A stretch of 55,919 bases of DNA, from positions 1 through 55,919 of IMG/VR virus record IMGVR_UViG_3300032285_001768; one strand, written 5' to 3'. This document shows positions 1 to 10,600 of this stretch, piece by piece (the first letter of the stretch is position 1; every line of letters begins with the position of its first letter). This stretch comes from a virus (taxonomy: Duplodnaviria > Caudoviricetes). The notes under the pieces were generated by a model, which searched no databases, had not been told where the DNA came from, and worked only from the letters and a program-made list of their open reading frames with translations. Made by a program: the position numbers and the translations under genes.

Positions 1-1104
1 TATGATCTCGTGCCTGGCTGGCACCTGCTGGAGGTTTGGCGAAGCCATAGAGAGACGGCCAGTGACGGTTCCGCCGTCGTCAGAGCGCATCTGGTTAACG
101 TGCGGATGGATGCGTCCTGTCTTGGCGGAGAACTCAAGGTAGGGGCGCAGGAACGTGCCGTGAGTCTTGTTCGTCTCGCGCGCTTCCACAATCATTTTGG
201 CAATTGGATGAGGGCAGCTATCCAAAAACCCTTTTGTAAAGCTTGGGAGCCCGTTCTCTGTTTTGCCGTAGGGCACGCTTAACTTATCAAATGCAACAGC
301 AATGCTCTGCGCAGCCCAAATGTCGATAGATGCTCCTGAGAGCCGCTTAAGCTCCTTAATCAGCTCTTGCTCGCGCTTAATCAACTGATCGATCAACTGC
401 TCCGCTTTAGGCCTGTCAAAGCGGATGCCCTTGTAGGTCATATCTAGCAGAACCGGGAAGACGTCCGTCTCCACGTTAAAGATCGACTCCACCTCATCTT
501 TTTTAAGCAAAGGCTTAAAACACTGCCAGAGCTTGAGTGTGAGCGCAGCATCTTGCTCTGCGTATTCTCCTACGTACATCGCTGGGAGCTTCCAGAGTTC
601 CTTCTTTGGATGTACGCCAAAATCGCCAGCGGCTTGTTTAAGGTTGGCTTCTGATTTGGCTTCCTGCAGATAATCAAAGCCCAGAGCGTTGAGCGAGAAG
701 GAAAAGCGATTCTCGTCAAGTAGCGGTGCGGCGAGCATGGTGTCTAGGATTCGGCCGTTGACCTCGAACCCTGATGCACGTAGCCAGCCTAAGTCGTAGG
801 CGGCGTTGTGCATGATCTTGTCTGCGTCGGTTTTTAGGACTCCGCGAATCCAATTATCAACAATTCGACGGTCCAGATTCCCGCCACCAGCGTGAGCAAT
901 CGGAAAATATCCGGACCAACCATCCACAGCAATAGCGTATCCAACAATATACCCGTCATTTCGAGGCCACCCTGGTCCAAAGGATTCAAGATTAGGGTCG
1001 CATGTCTCCAAGTCGATGGCAATCTCTTTAGCCGTTGACAGGTTTGGAAACGACTGCGGAGGCACCCACTCCGTCAGAGTCGGGAACATTGAGATAGTTC
1101 TCAC
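1..1104 (-). CDS. polA: DNA polymerase family A, N-terminal part (3'-5' exonuclease plus start of polymerase domain); runs off the left edge
   Basis: Absent from the ORF track; translated by hand from GTG at 1104 (GTGA overlap with the helicase stop): MRTISMFPTLTEW...IAIDLET (ExoI)...MHNAAYD (ExoII)...YAEQDA (ExoIII)...GRIHPHVNQ...GTVTGRLSMASPNLQQVP; open to position 1. Confidence 0.95.
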   Translation of the reverse strand, partial: MRTISMFPTLTEWVPPQSFPNLSTAKEIAIDLETCDPNLESFGPGWPRNDGYIVGYAIAVDGWSGYFPIAHAGGGNLDRRIVDNWIRGVLKTDADKIMHNAAYDLGWLRASGFEVNGRILDTMLAAPLLDENRFSFSLNALGFDYLQEAKSEANLKQAAGDFGVHPKKELWKLPAMYVGEYAEQDAALTLKLWQCFKPLLKKDEVESIFNVETDVFPVLLDMTYKGIRFDRPKAEQLIDQLIKREQELIKELKRLSGASIDIWAAQSIAVAFDKLSVPYGKTENGLPSFTKGFLDSCPHPIAKMIVEARETNKTHGTFLRPYLEFSAKTGRIHPHVNQMRSDDGGTVTGRLSMASPNLQQVPARHEII

Positions 1105-2600
1105 AGATGAAAGCCTTTCTGCTGATTCTTTGGTAGCACAATGTGCAATTCTTGCTTGGCTCTCGTTATACCGACATACAGCAGTCTGTTGATGTCATCC
1201 GAGTTACGTTCGTACTCTTTTGCAAACCGAGTGGACAGGTCTGACAATAACAAGACCTTGTCCGCCTCGCCACCCTTTGCTCCGTGGATCGTGGACAGTT
1301 TGATAGGAATCTTGCCGGTGATCTTCATGCCGCGGCGCAACATGGCAATGATGTAGTCACGTCGTTCTTCGCCAATCTTGGTCAGAGCCTTGTGCCAGAT
1401 ATCATCAGTCAAAAGCCCGTGCTTTTCTTTAAGCATGTCCATGGTGTAGGACTGCTCCTCACTTGCACCTTTTAGGCCCTTAAAACCGTGCTTCACGAAG
1501 CTTGAGTCAAGGTACTTATAAATTGCTTTGACAGTGATAAAGGGCACGGGATTGCCCCTACGCAAGGATTCCCATCCGGTGACCGCGGAAAGAATGGACT
1601 CAGAAATGCTCCGTTGTCCGTGGCGCTCGAATAAGAGTCCTTGGCTCTTGATCCATGAGTGCATGTCTGTGAGCAGATAGTTCGTGGCGGCCAGGATGAG
1701 CCAGTCGCCAGCTGTAATGTCTACGTGGGTGAAATCGTTGTAGTACTGGACCGATCCCTCTTCTTGGCGTGGGTTCCAAGTTTTGGGCTGCCGTTCGCGA
1801 ATGCGATTGACGACAGTATTGGCCAGTGCATGCACTTTTGCAGGCACCCGATAAGACTGTTCGAGGATGGTGATTTTGCCGGTCAAGTTAAGAAAGCTTT
1901 TGACATCGGCACCCGCCCAGGTGTACACCGCCTGATCATCATCCCCGGCTAAAAAAACTCGGTCAGACCGATCTGCGAGCGCCATGACCACGGCCCATTG
2001 CAAACGGGACAGGTCTTGCGCTTCATCAATAATCAGCACCTCCAGCCGCGGCAAGAGATCAACCGATTCTACGACCCGCTCTAACAGATCGGTGAAGTCC
2101 ATCAAATCGTGCGAGTCTTTGTAGTGCCTGTAGGCACGTTCAACGTACTCGAAGTGGAACCACTCAATCTGCATGGCACTCTGGTTGTAGTGCGTGCGCA
2201 GATCGAGGCCCTTGATCCGTGCGATGTTGATCTCGTTCAGGATGGGGTTATCCACCTTAACCATAAAATCTTCTTCGCCGTTGTCAATACCGATCTCGAT
2301 TCCCGCCTCAAGGGCAAAGGACTTGTAGTCCATGGGAGACATCATGTCTTGCGACTTAACGCTCAAGCAGCGATAGGCAAGGCTGTGTAGCGTCCTAAAC
2401 CACGGGAAATCCGTATCCCGATTGAGATCGGGAAACTTGATGATTGCTCGGTCGCGGGCTTCCGTTGCAGCCTTTTTGGTAAAGCTGAAATAGCCTATTT
2501 GTTGTGGCGATACCCCGTTGGCAAGCTCAAGGTTGACGATGTCGAGCAGGAACGTCGTCTTGCCTGAGCCAGGCGGCCCAAAGATTTTTTCAATTTTCAT
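1101..2600 (-). CDS. UvrD/Rep-like superfamily 1 DNA helicase
   Basis: Walker A GPPGSGKTT, Walker B IIDEAQD, GDDDQAVY, QSYR, STIHGAKGGE, YVGITRAK; start trimmed to MKIEKIF at 2600. Confidence 0.93.
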   Translation of the reverse strand: MKIEKIFGPPGSGKTTFLLDIVNLELANGVSPQQIGYFSFTKKAATEARDRAIIKFPDLNRDTDFPWFRTLHSLAYRCLSVKSQDMMSPMDYKSFALEAGIEIGIDNGEEDFMVKVDNPILNEINIARIKGLDLRTHYNQSAMQIEWFHFEYVERAYRHYKDSHDLMDFTDLLERVVESVDLLPRLEVLIIDEAQDLSRLQWAVVMALADRSDRVFLAGDDDQAVYTWAGADVKSFLNLTGKITILEQSYRVPAKVHALANTVVNRIRERQPKTWNPRQEEGSVQYYNDFTHVDITAGDWLILAATNYLLTDMHSWIKSQGLLFERHGQRSISESILSAVTGWESLRRGNPVPFITVKAIYKYLDSSFVKHGFKGLKGASEEQSYTMDMLKEKHGLLTDDIWHKALTKIGEERRDYIIAMLRRGMKITGKIPIKLSTIHGAKGGEADKVLLLSDLSTRFAKEYERNSDDINRLLYVGITRAKQELHIVLPKNQQKGFHL

Positions 2601-2850
2601 CAAGAAGCTCCTCGGGCACGGGCCAGAGGACGATGGGCGTGGAGTCGCCCATATACGCGGACAGAATGTTGAAGTCCATGTATTCCATCGCATCATCGCG
2701 GCTCATGCCGTTCTCTTCCATCTTGTCCAGCATCTTCTCGCCGTCGTAAATTAAGCGGTCGACCAGCATGTTGCCGTGCCACGTCTGGCCAATCCCGATC
2801 ACGCAATCGTCGTAGTCATCAATCTTCAGGATTTCAGGTTCATCGCTCAA
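2590..2850 (-). CDS. small acidic hypothetical protein (86 aa)
   Basis: Fills the gap between primase and helicase with short overlaps at both ends. Confidence 0.75.
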   Translation of the reverse strand: MSDEPEILKIDDYDDCVIGIGQTWHGNMLVDRLIYDGEKMLDKMEENGMSRDDAMEYMDFNILSAYMGDSTPIVLWPVPEELLDEN

Positions 2851-4373
2851 AATGGACTCCGTTTTTTCTGTTCAGGGGTTTCAAAAGGTGCGGATTGCTT
2901 TACAAAGCCAGGCAGTTTCCAGCACCGTGTTGCGCGGTTTTTGAGAAATAGGCTGATAGGTTCGCCTCCTAAATCACGTAGACGTTGCGCCATCTTTGGA
3001 GCGGTCATGCCTTGAAAGTTATTGCGTTTAAGGTGTGCTTCGAGATCCTTCATGCGGAAGTAGATTCGCCCTTCTTCCTCATCCGTCCAGGGTCGGCCTA
3101 GTAGGATCTCGTCGCGGTCCATTGCCTGCTGGAGGTGAGTACAAAACTCCTCCAACAAGTCCATGAACCTGCCGGTAATGCTTGTGTCCTCGGATGCTTC
3201 TGTAATTTGCTCGGTTTCCACCATCTCTTTCAGGAGCGCATTCAGGAGTTGCTCCCAATCCTGTTTGCGCAGCGTCGGCGGTAGGACGTTGATCTTGTCC
3301 ACACAGGCTTTCTGGAACAGGGACTGGTTGTACAGGTGATCGGTATCGATCTCGATCCGTTTGCCATTGATGTCCAGAAACCATAGCGGTGGCTCCGAGT
3401 TGTACTTGGACAGCGAGGACAACTGAGGGCTATCAGGTCCGTGGGCCCCGATCCCATACTTTCTGGTCCTGCACAGTCCTGAGTTGCAGAAACTATTGAG
3501 AGGTTGATCCTTGCACTTGTAGTGGTAATCCTTCTTGTGCAGTTGCTTTACGATTATCTGCACTTCATTGTTTGGGAGCGGCGGAGCAACATACTTGAAG
3601 TTATGCTCCACGAGCGCATTGTCCCAACTGGTCGGGTGTAGCTGCTTAAGATAGATGCCAATGTTAAACAGCGTGTTGTTTCGACCGCCCTCTGGAACGC
3701 CTTGAGAGCAAAGAGCCTGCAGGCATGGCGGCCCATCCTTAATGGGGGCATCCGGAACCTTTGGGGCTTCTGGAAAAACGAGTTCAGACTGGACGTTGGC
3801 GTTGTAGAGCTCGTAGAACTCTTCCATCGTAGCGGCACTGCCATCCTCACGGATGGCGTAACGCATCGTTTGATCCCCGCCAAAGTAAGGCAGATTCAGG
3901 AAGTTGCCGGTATCTCCTCGGTCGACCAGGATCTCTGATTGCTTGGGGAAGATTTCACGACCAGCTTCTCCCAAGAGTGCAGCGGCACCCTTGAGATAGC
4001 GTTGCATGTCTGCTGCCGGAATGGGGTCCTTCACAAACAGGAACACATGTGCCCCACCTGATTTACTGCGGCATACCACCATTGGCAGGTCAAGGGACTT
4101 TACCTTTTTAACAAGGCCTGCATGGTCCAGAGGGTATTGGTCAATGTCAATACATCCCCAGATGCACGAGTTATCTGCCCGGATCGGGATGATTCCGAGT
4201 GAGGGTTCGACGCCTTCGAGGTGCTTGACCCAGAGGTCGTCGACGGGTGGTTTGCGGATGACAACGGCTTTTCCAGCCTGTTTGCCTGTGTCTTTTGATC
4301 CATGGATTTGATAGGTTCCGTAAGCAATGTCCAAGCCGGTAAAGATCGACTTGAATCGAGTGATGTCCGTCAT
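2847..4373 (-). CDS. AEP-like primase with PriCT-1-like domain
   Basis: GCIDID and RSKSGGAHVFLF catalytic-like motifs; PPCL...EGGRNNTLF PriCT-like segment; start trimmed to MTDITRF after GAGAAAG. Confidence 0.8.
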   Translation of the reverse strand: MTDITRFKSIFTGLDIAYGTYQIHGSKDTGKQAGKAVVIRKPPVDDLWVKHLEGVEPSLGIIPIRADNSCIWGCIDIDQYPLDHAGLVKKVKSLDLPMVVCRSKSGGAHVFLFVKDPIPAADMQRYLKGAAALLGEAGREIFPKQSEILVDRGDTGNFLNLPYFGGDQTMRYAIREDGSAATMEEFYELYNANVQSELVFPEAPKVPDAPIKDGPPCLQALCSQGVPEGGRNNTLFNIGIYLKQLHPTSWDNALVEHNFKYVAPPLPNNEVQIIVKQLHKKDYHYKCKDQPLNSFCNSGLCRTRKYGIGAHGPDSPQLSSLSKYNSEPPLWFLDINGKRIEIDTDHLYNQSLFQKACVDKINVLPPTLRKQDWEQLLNALLKEMVETEQITEASEDTSITGRFMDLLEEFCTHLQQAMDRDEILLGRPWTDEEEGRIYFRMKDLEAHLKRNNFQGMTAPKMAQRLRDLGGEPISLFLKNRATRCWKLPGFVKQSAPFETPEQKKRSPF

Positions 4374-4442
4374 TCTGGCTTTCTCGGGCAAGAGGGGCGA
4401 CCCCCTGTTAAGCATTGCTTTACAGTTGACCGCCCCAAGCGA

Positions 4443-5228
4443 TTAAAACGGCACGTCGTCCACAGCCTCAACGCGAGGAGAACCTTCCTCCTCATGTTTG
4501 ATCTTGACGTCTCCAGTAGAAATGGACTGAGCAAACGCTTTCGCCGCTTCGTAAACATCTGCACTTTCAACGTCGCCAACGCGGGCGACTTCCCAACCAA
4601 ACCACTTCCCTTTGTCGTTTGATTCCTGGACGGAAGTCAATCGGTAGATCTGGCTATAAATCGCGGGACGAAACATCCGGCCATTCGAGCCTACCTTCTG
4701 AACAGCCTGCATCATGCTGTTCCATTTACGGGACTTCTTGAGCTGGGTCGATTTCATCACAATCAACGCTGGGCTAGGAATTCCGTCCGCGTCCAGAACC
4801 ATAACATAGTAATTAGCCGTGTTTTCCACGTAATTACCGTTGTCAAGGTAGTCCCGATTGTCGCCTGGCTCGCGATGCGTGCGAGACAGAATGTCGCTCG
4901 TGGCGGGATAGATGTGAATCGGTGCGCCCGATCCCTGTCCGCGAGGTGCCCATTCTACGTATTGACGTACATACACACATGGGATGACGTTTAACCCCTG
5001 TTTGCCGTCATACAACGCACCGGATACCGAGTTGTAGAACATGCCTGGACGGGCACCTTCCAAATCTGCAACTTCCGGAGACGTCGTGGTCAACAGGCGC
5101 AGAAACGGGAGCGCGAAATCGTCCCTGTTCATCCCGTCAAACCCGCTCTGGGCATCCTCCTCAAACATGGAGGTGAGTGCGAGTGCGGTACTCTCGCTCT
5201 TCACAACCGCTAGTTCGGCTTTAGCCAT
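4443..5228 (-). CDS. putative single-stranded DNA-binding protein
   Basis: Aromatic beta-rich core (NDKGKWFGW), acidic C-terminus ending DDVPF, position in the replication operon. Confidence 0.6.
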   Translation of the reverse strand: MAKAELAVVKSESTALALTSMFEEDAQSGFDGMNRDDFALPFLRLLTTTSPEVADLEGARPGMFYNSVSGALYDGKQGLNVIPCVYVRQYVEWAPRGQGSGAPIHIYPATSDILSRTHREPGDNRDYLDNGNYVENTANYYVMVLDADGIPSPALIVMKSTQLKKSRKWNSMMQAVQKVGSNGRMFRPAIYSQIYRLTSVQESNDKGKWFGWEVARVGDVESADVYEAAKAFAQSISTGDVKIKHEEEGSPRVEAVDDVPF

Positions 5229-5248
5229 GATCCGTGATCCTTGATTAA

Positions 5249-5800
5249 TTAAGACTTGATAACAGCGCGTTGGCCAATAAAGGCACCAAACAAATCGGAT
5301 GGGAACTCGCTACCTTTCTCCACCCGCTCTTTCACCCATGCCTTAAGGGTCATGGGCTCAACTTTCTCCGACTGCTCCGCGACGTAGCCGCGTTCAGCCA
5401 GAACCTGCAGCAGCCGAGAGCACTGCTCGTCTTCGTTACGTCCAAATCGCACTGAGACGTTGTTCTTTATCAGGTCGCCAAATCCGTTGTCGCGTAGCCA
5501 GGCAAAGGCTTCTGCCCGCTTCTCTTCCTTGATTGACGCACTGTAGAACGGCTTGATGTCAATAGACGATCCGTCAGCCATCTTGAACGATTTCATCCCC
5601 AACTCGGCCAAAGCCTGCGGGAGGACTTCCTCGGTCAGCTTGCGATACTGATCTTTGCGCTCTTTAAGCATCGCTTCCATGTCCTCGATGTCTTTCTCGT
5701 GGAGCTTGGCAAGCTTAGCCAGTTCCGAAATCGCTGACAGGTCGTCGTTCTTGACCGTCAGGGCATCGGCATCCTGCTCAAATAAAGTCGTGAGACTCAT
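5249..5800 (-). CDS. hypothetical protein (183 aa), N-terminal coiled coil
   Basis: RBS AGAAAGGAG; in operon with the SSB-like gene. Confidence 0.8.
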   Translation of the reverse strand: MSLTTLFEQDADALTVKNDDLSAISELAKLAKLHEKDIEDMEAMLKERKDQYRKLTEEVLPQALAELGMKSFKMADGSSIDIKPFYSASIKEEKRAEAFAWLRDNGFGDLIKNNVSVRFGRNEDEQCSRLLQVLAERGYVAEQSEKVEPMTLKAWVKERVEKGSEFPSDLFGAFIGQRAVIKS

Positions 5801-6122
5801 CTAACTCTCCTTTCTTAAACAAATCAACCTCGACTGGGATGTAGCGGCGTTCCCGCTTGTCCCACTTAAGGCACTTAAAACGCCCGTTGTTACGGGCGGC
5901 TGCAATTGCGCAGGTGATGCCTATTGCACTTGGGTCACCAATGAGCAACAGCCAATCATCGTCGCAAAACTTCTCCAGCTTGCGCTGGATCCTTCTGATC
6001 GTAGGGACCGTTGAAAATGCAATCTGCGCGTTGGGCGGCAGGATCACCTCAATCGTTCCGAAGTCCTGAGCACTTGCAATGTTATGTTGCAAAGTCTCTT
6101 GGATTACAAACACCTTAGCCAC
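5778..6122 (-). CDS. hypothetical protein (114 aa), first gene of the replication operon
   Basis: GTG start after AGAAAGGAG; globular composition. Confidence 0.75.
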   Translation of the reverse strand: MAKVFVIQETLQHNIASAQDFGTIEVILPPNAQIAFSTVPTIRRIQRKLEKFCDDDWLLLIGDPSAIGITCAIAAARNNGRFKCLKWDKRERRYIPVEVDLFKKGELDESHDFI

Positions 6123-6151
6123 AAAATTCTCCTTTCTTGACTGGAAGAGCC

Positions 6152-6180
6152 ACTGTACACTAGCAGTTCTCGGGGCGCAA
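6152..6180 (-). promoter_or_regulatory. sigma70-like promoter of the replication operon
   Basis: TTGCGC-17 nt-TACAGT on the minus strand in the divergent intergenic gap. Confidence 0.55.
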
Positions 6181-6204
6181 GCTCCTTCTTCAAGAAAGGC
6201 AGAA

Positions 6205-7656
6205 ATGACCGATTTTTTGACGACCTATCCCTACCGTAACAAGCCCTTTCTGCATCAACAGGCGTACCTTCAGAAATTCTGGGAACGCTCTGTCTGCGCC
6301 CTTTTCGCCGACATGGGAACTGGCAAAAGTTACATGTTAATCAACAACTTCGCCATGCTCTACGACAAGGGTAAGGTGAACGCGGTCCTGATCGTGGCAC
6401 CCAAGGGCGTATACCGAAATTGGTATAACTCCGAGATCCCCAAACACGTACCCGAACACACTCAATACCGCATGGCGCTGTGGTCCCCCTCGCCACGCAA
6501 GGCCGAAAAAGAGGCCCTGGACAAACTCTTCGAGGTCACGGAGGACCTCAAGATTCTGGTCATGAACATCGAGGCGTTTTCCACCGACAAAGGCACGAAG
6601 TTTGCCAGCCGATTCGTCACGTACCACGATACTATGATGATCATCGACGAGAGCACCACGATCAAAACTCACAACTCAGCGCGAAGTAAGAACACTGAGA
6701 AAGTTGGGCGTACTGCCCGGTATAAACGAATAGCGACAGGCTCTCCGGTGACCAAGAGCCCAATGGATCTGTACTCACAGTGCTTGTTCTTAAGCCCAGA
6801 TTGCCTGGACGCTTCAAGCTACTACACGTTTCAGGCGCGGTACGCGGTCCTTGTTGACAGGGCAGTTGGAGCCCACAGCTTCAAGCAGATCGTTGGCTAT
6901 CGCAAGCTTGATGAGCTTAAGGAAAAGCTCGACAGGTTCAGTTTCCGGGTGACCAAAGATGAGTGTTTAGATCTTCCAGCCAAACTATACGTCCGTCGAG
7001 AGGTAGAACTCACGAAAGAGCAAGAAAAGGCCTACACGGAAATGAAGCTTATGGCCATGGCAGAGTTTGACCGCGGACTAATGACCACGGTCAACGCGCT
7101 CACCCAGTTAATGCGGATGCATCAAATTGTGTGCGGCCATATCAAACTTGACACGGGCGAAACGCTTGATCTGCCCAACAAACGGTTGGATGAGCTGATG
7201 CAAGTTGTGTCGGAATGCGACGGCAAGATGATTATTTGGGCCAACTATCGTCACGACATTTTCGCTATCAAAAATGCTCTGCAGGCTGAGTATGGGATGA
7301 ACACCGTGGCGGCTTACTTTGGCGACACAGATAGCGACGAAAGACAACAGATTGTCAGCCGGTTCCAAGATCTTAACGACACCTTACGCTTTTTTGTCGG
7401 AAACCCGAAGACGGGTGGCTACGGCTTGACTCTTACGGCAGCCAACGTAATGGTGTATTACAGCAACTCGTTTGACCTGGAGGTCAGGCTGCAGTCAGAA
7501 GATCGGGCGCACCGAATTGGGCAGACCAAGAATGTGACCTACATCGACCTGATCGCGCCAGGAACCGTTGACGAAAAAATCGTCAAGGCCCTGCGCGACA
7601 AGATCAATATCTCTACCCAGGTCTTGGGCGAAGATATTAAGCAGTGGTTGATCTAA
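6205..7656 (+). CDS. SNF2-family (SF2) helicase/ATPase
   Basis: DMGTGKS, IIDES, ATGSP, GGYGLTLT, QSEDRAHRIGQ; start trimmed to MTDFLTT after AGAAAGG. Confidence 0.93.
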   Translation: MTDFLTTYPYRNKPFLHQQAYLQKFWERSVCALFADMGTGKSYMLINNFAMLYDKGKVNAVLIVAPKGVYRNWYNSEIPKHVPEHTQYRMALWSPSPRKAEKEALDKLFEVTEDLKILVMNIEAFSTDKGTKFASRFVTYHDTMMIIDESTTIKTHNSARSKNTEKVGRTARYKRIATGSPVTKSPMDLYSQCLFLSPDCLDASSYYTFQARYAVLVDRAVGAHSFKQIVGYRKLDELKEKLDRFSFRVTKDECLDLPAKLYVRREVELTKEQEKAYTEMKLMAMAEFDRGLMTTVNALTQLMRMHQIVCGHIKLDTGETLDLPNKRLDELMQVVSECDGKMIIWANYRHDIFAIKNALQAEYGMNTVAAYFGDTDSDERQQIVSRFQDLNDTLRFFVGNPKTGGYGLTLTAANVMVYYSNSFDLEVRLQSEDRAHRIGQTKNVTYIDLIAPGTVDEKIVKALRDKINISTQVLGEDIKQWLI

Positions 7657-10600
7657 CCCGGTTGCGGCTGCTGTTGGCGGGCAGCCAACATCGGGCTGAT
7701 TGAGTCAAACGGGAAGAGCGACTGGAACTCTGACCGACTTTGCGGCGCAGGAGTTCCTCCCGGCTTGGGAGCCGGAGGAGTGCTCGGACCAGGGGGCTTG
7801 CCAAATAGATTGGGCAGACCCGTAGTCGGCGGGGCAGGAGGCAAGGCACGGAGCATCTGACCTGCACCTGGGCCCGTGGGCCGTGGTTCCTGGGGCTCTT
7901 TTTCGTCAAAAGTTGCGAAGTTCAAACCGGCAGCGGCAAGGTACGAATGCAAGCTGCGAGCCATGCGGAACCGTTCGACTTGGGTCTTAGGCTGCGTGAG
8001 CAATCGAGCCATCAGCTCGGGGTCCTGAGAAGCTTCTTGAATGATCTGCTTAATAAAGACCTTGGGCATTTTCTGCACCATGTCTCGCAAGTACTTTGAA
8101 CCCGCAGACGCAGCAACCATAGATGCGCCGCCCCCGCCACCAGGAGTCATTTGCTGGATGCCTCGGCCTATGCCAGAACCCATGATTCGCAGCCCAAGCG
8201 TCACAGCCATGTCTTGCAGGTTCTCTGCGTCATCCGAAAGCATTTGCTTGCTCATCATCGACTTCTCGATGCGCTGCATAGGGTAGATTAAACGCTTAAA
8301 GTTATTGCCTTCTTGCGCGGTCATCAACCCTTGCGTGCGCATGATGTTGACTAGAGAAGGGCCATTAGGCGTAATCTCGTCAAACATGATGTTATAGAAC
8401 TTGGTTGGGCTGAAGTTATCCACGCCTCCCGCTTTTTCAAAAGCGTAATCGTACATCGTCGATTTAAGGCCCTTTACCGCTTCTGGTCCACCTTGCATTG
8501 CAAGTTTGGCCATGTTTTGCACGCCCTTAATTGGCGTTTTGCTGGCAAGGACATCCGCCAGAGCACGAGCAGGGTTGCCTTCGTACTTCAGCACTTGCGC
8601 CCACGCCGCTTGAGAAGCGGCTTCTTGCATCAGCTTACTGTTTTCATTTGTTACCGCACGAAATAGGTTTTCAGAAATAACTGCATTGTTCAAATCAGGC
8701 GTTATATTAAACTTGTCCAAAATGGGTTTATTGGCCAATACAAATTTGTTGAGCTTTTCGACGTTCAAACGGCCAGTCGTCTGGTCAATAGAATCTGCGG
8801 CGGCCAGTCGCATGACGCGCGTCAAAGCATCCGTAATGCCGCCAGGACGGTCTTTATTAGACTTATAAAACGGCTCTAACTGTTTGGCTTGTGGGCTATC
8901 CCGACCAAATCGATTAACGACATCATCGTATGTCGTTTTGATCAGCTTAGAAGCATCCATCAGCTCTTCCATTCGAAGAGCCGTGACGTCCGAATTTGAC
9001 CCAAATGCACGAGTAACTAAAAGTTCCGGCGGCAGCTTTTCTGCGCCTGTTTTGGTCACTGCTCCGGGAGCAGTTTTTGTTGCCTGACCAGCAAAAGTGC
9101 GTGTAAAAACGTCGTTTAATGAGCGTGAGAACTGTCGCGCTGCATTAAAAGCGTCTACTGCTTCTGGATTAGCTGCTTTTTGTCCCGCACCAGCAATGTC
9201 ATCTAGCAAAGATTCAGCCAGTTCCCCGTAAATACGGGCGTTATTTACTTCGCCTTTGCCACCATATTCTCTTGCTATTCGCAGCATGTTGCTGCGCATG
9301 TCAATTAGGTCATAAACAGGAATTGGATCAGCATCAAACCCTTTTCCAGGGCCTGGAACCCCTGATTCCATTCTTCCCGTCCGCTTGTAGTTCTTATAAA
9401 TACTGGTCGTGGCGTCGTTGGCCCCAAGCCTGGTCATTAACTTTTGAATACTAGTCGGTACAAGATCGTTTAATAGCTCAGGCGTAGTTGTAGATACTAA
9501 GTCAAGATATGTATTAAGCGTCTGGTTAGGCCGAATCTTAGGAACTCCCGCCATATAGGCTTCGCCCATTTCCTCAAGAGTGGTTTTTCTTCTAAAGGGG
9601 CTCATTCCAAGAACCATTTTCCCAGTTCTTGGGTCCTTAACTTTTTCAAACCAATTTTCAAACATGACTACTGGTTGTTCAGGCACCCCTATGTTTGGAT
9701 TGCCCGGAATTCTTGCAGTCTTGTGCTCGTAATAAACTTTACCGTCAGATCGTGTTCTTTTAACAAACTCTGATTTTAAAAACTGAAGGTTTTTAGCGGC
9801 TTCTGTTTCGCCACCCATTGCCAGCCTTTTAACGGCATCTTCCCAAAGCAGCTTTTCATAGTCCCGCGAATCGCGCAATGCGCCTTCGGTGTTGTCCTTG
9901 ACAATCTGGCCAATTGCCTGACGCGCTGCTGGTGTATCTTTGCTAATGTTCTTGATCCGTGCAGCAGAGGCCGCGTCCGCTGCCGCAAGACGCCCGTCCA
10001 ACAATGCCTCAAAGCCCTGCTTTTCTAAGGCCGCGGCAGTTTGCAATGCCTCTGGCGTACCAATGTTTTTCATGTTCCGCACCAGGAGGCTGTATGCCTC
10101 CAATGCCTGGCGACCTTGTTCAAGGTTTTCGCCGGCATACTCAGGCATCTTTTTAGCTAACATGCGCTCAAGCATGGTCAACGGCAAGCTGCCTGTTTTT
10201 TGAGCAGCAGTTGGCGTAATTGGCTTGCCCTTGGCATCAACAATGTTCGCTCGAAGACGAGCAACTAGTTTCGGAATGTCTTCGCCACCCTCTTCCAAGA
10301 TACGCTGCAAATACTCCGCGGCCCGTGTTTCACGTGCTCCTTGGCTGTACGTGCTTCGCATCGTGCGCAAGGCATCAATTGCGCTAACCGTTCCATTGGT
10401 CAACCAACGACTGGGCGAAAGAACTCCACCCGCGACTTCGCCCACGAATGCCGGACCCGCTTCTCCGGGGTACATCGATTCCGCGGTCATTGCACCCATG
10501 CCGGCCCCAAGACCGCCATGCAATTCACCAAGCAAGAAGGTTTTTGGGTACTTACGAGCAGCTTCTCCAATACCAGAAATGAACCGTGAAACACGGTTCG

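Noticed and set aside
2601-2696. N-terminal extensions in the ORF track (helicase; also 4374-4415, 6079-6204, 36247-36492, 48327-48380, 52041-52229)
   Set aside because: They overlap neighbouring genes or regulatory elements; downstream starts have better RBS and match domain starts
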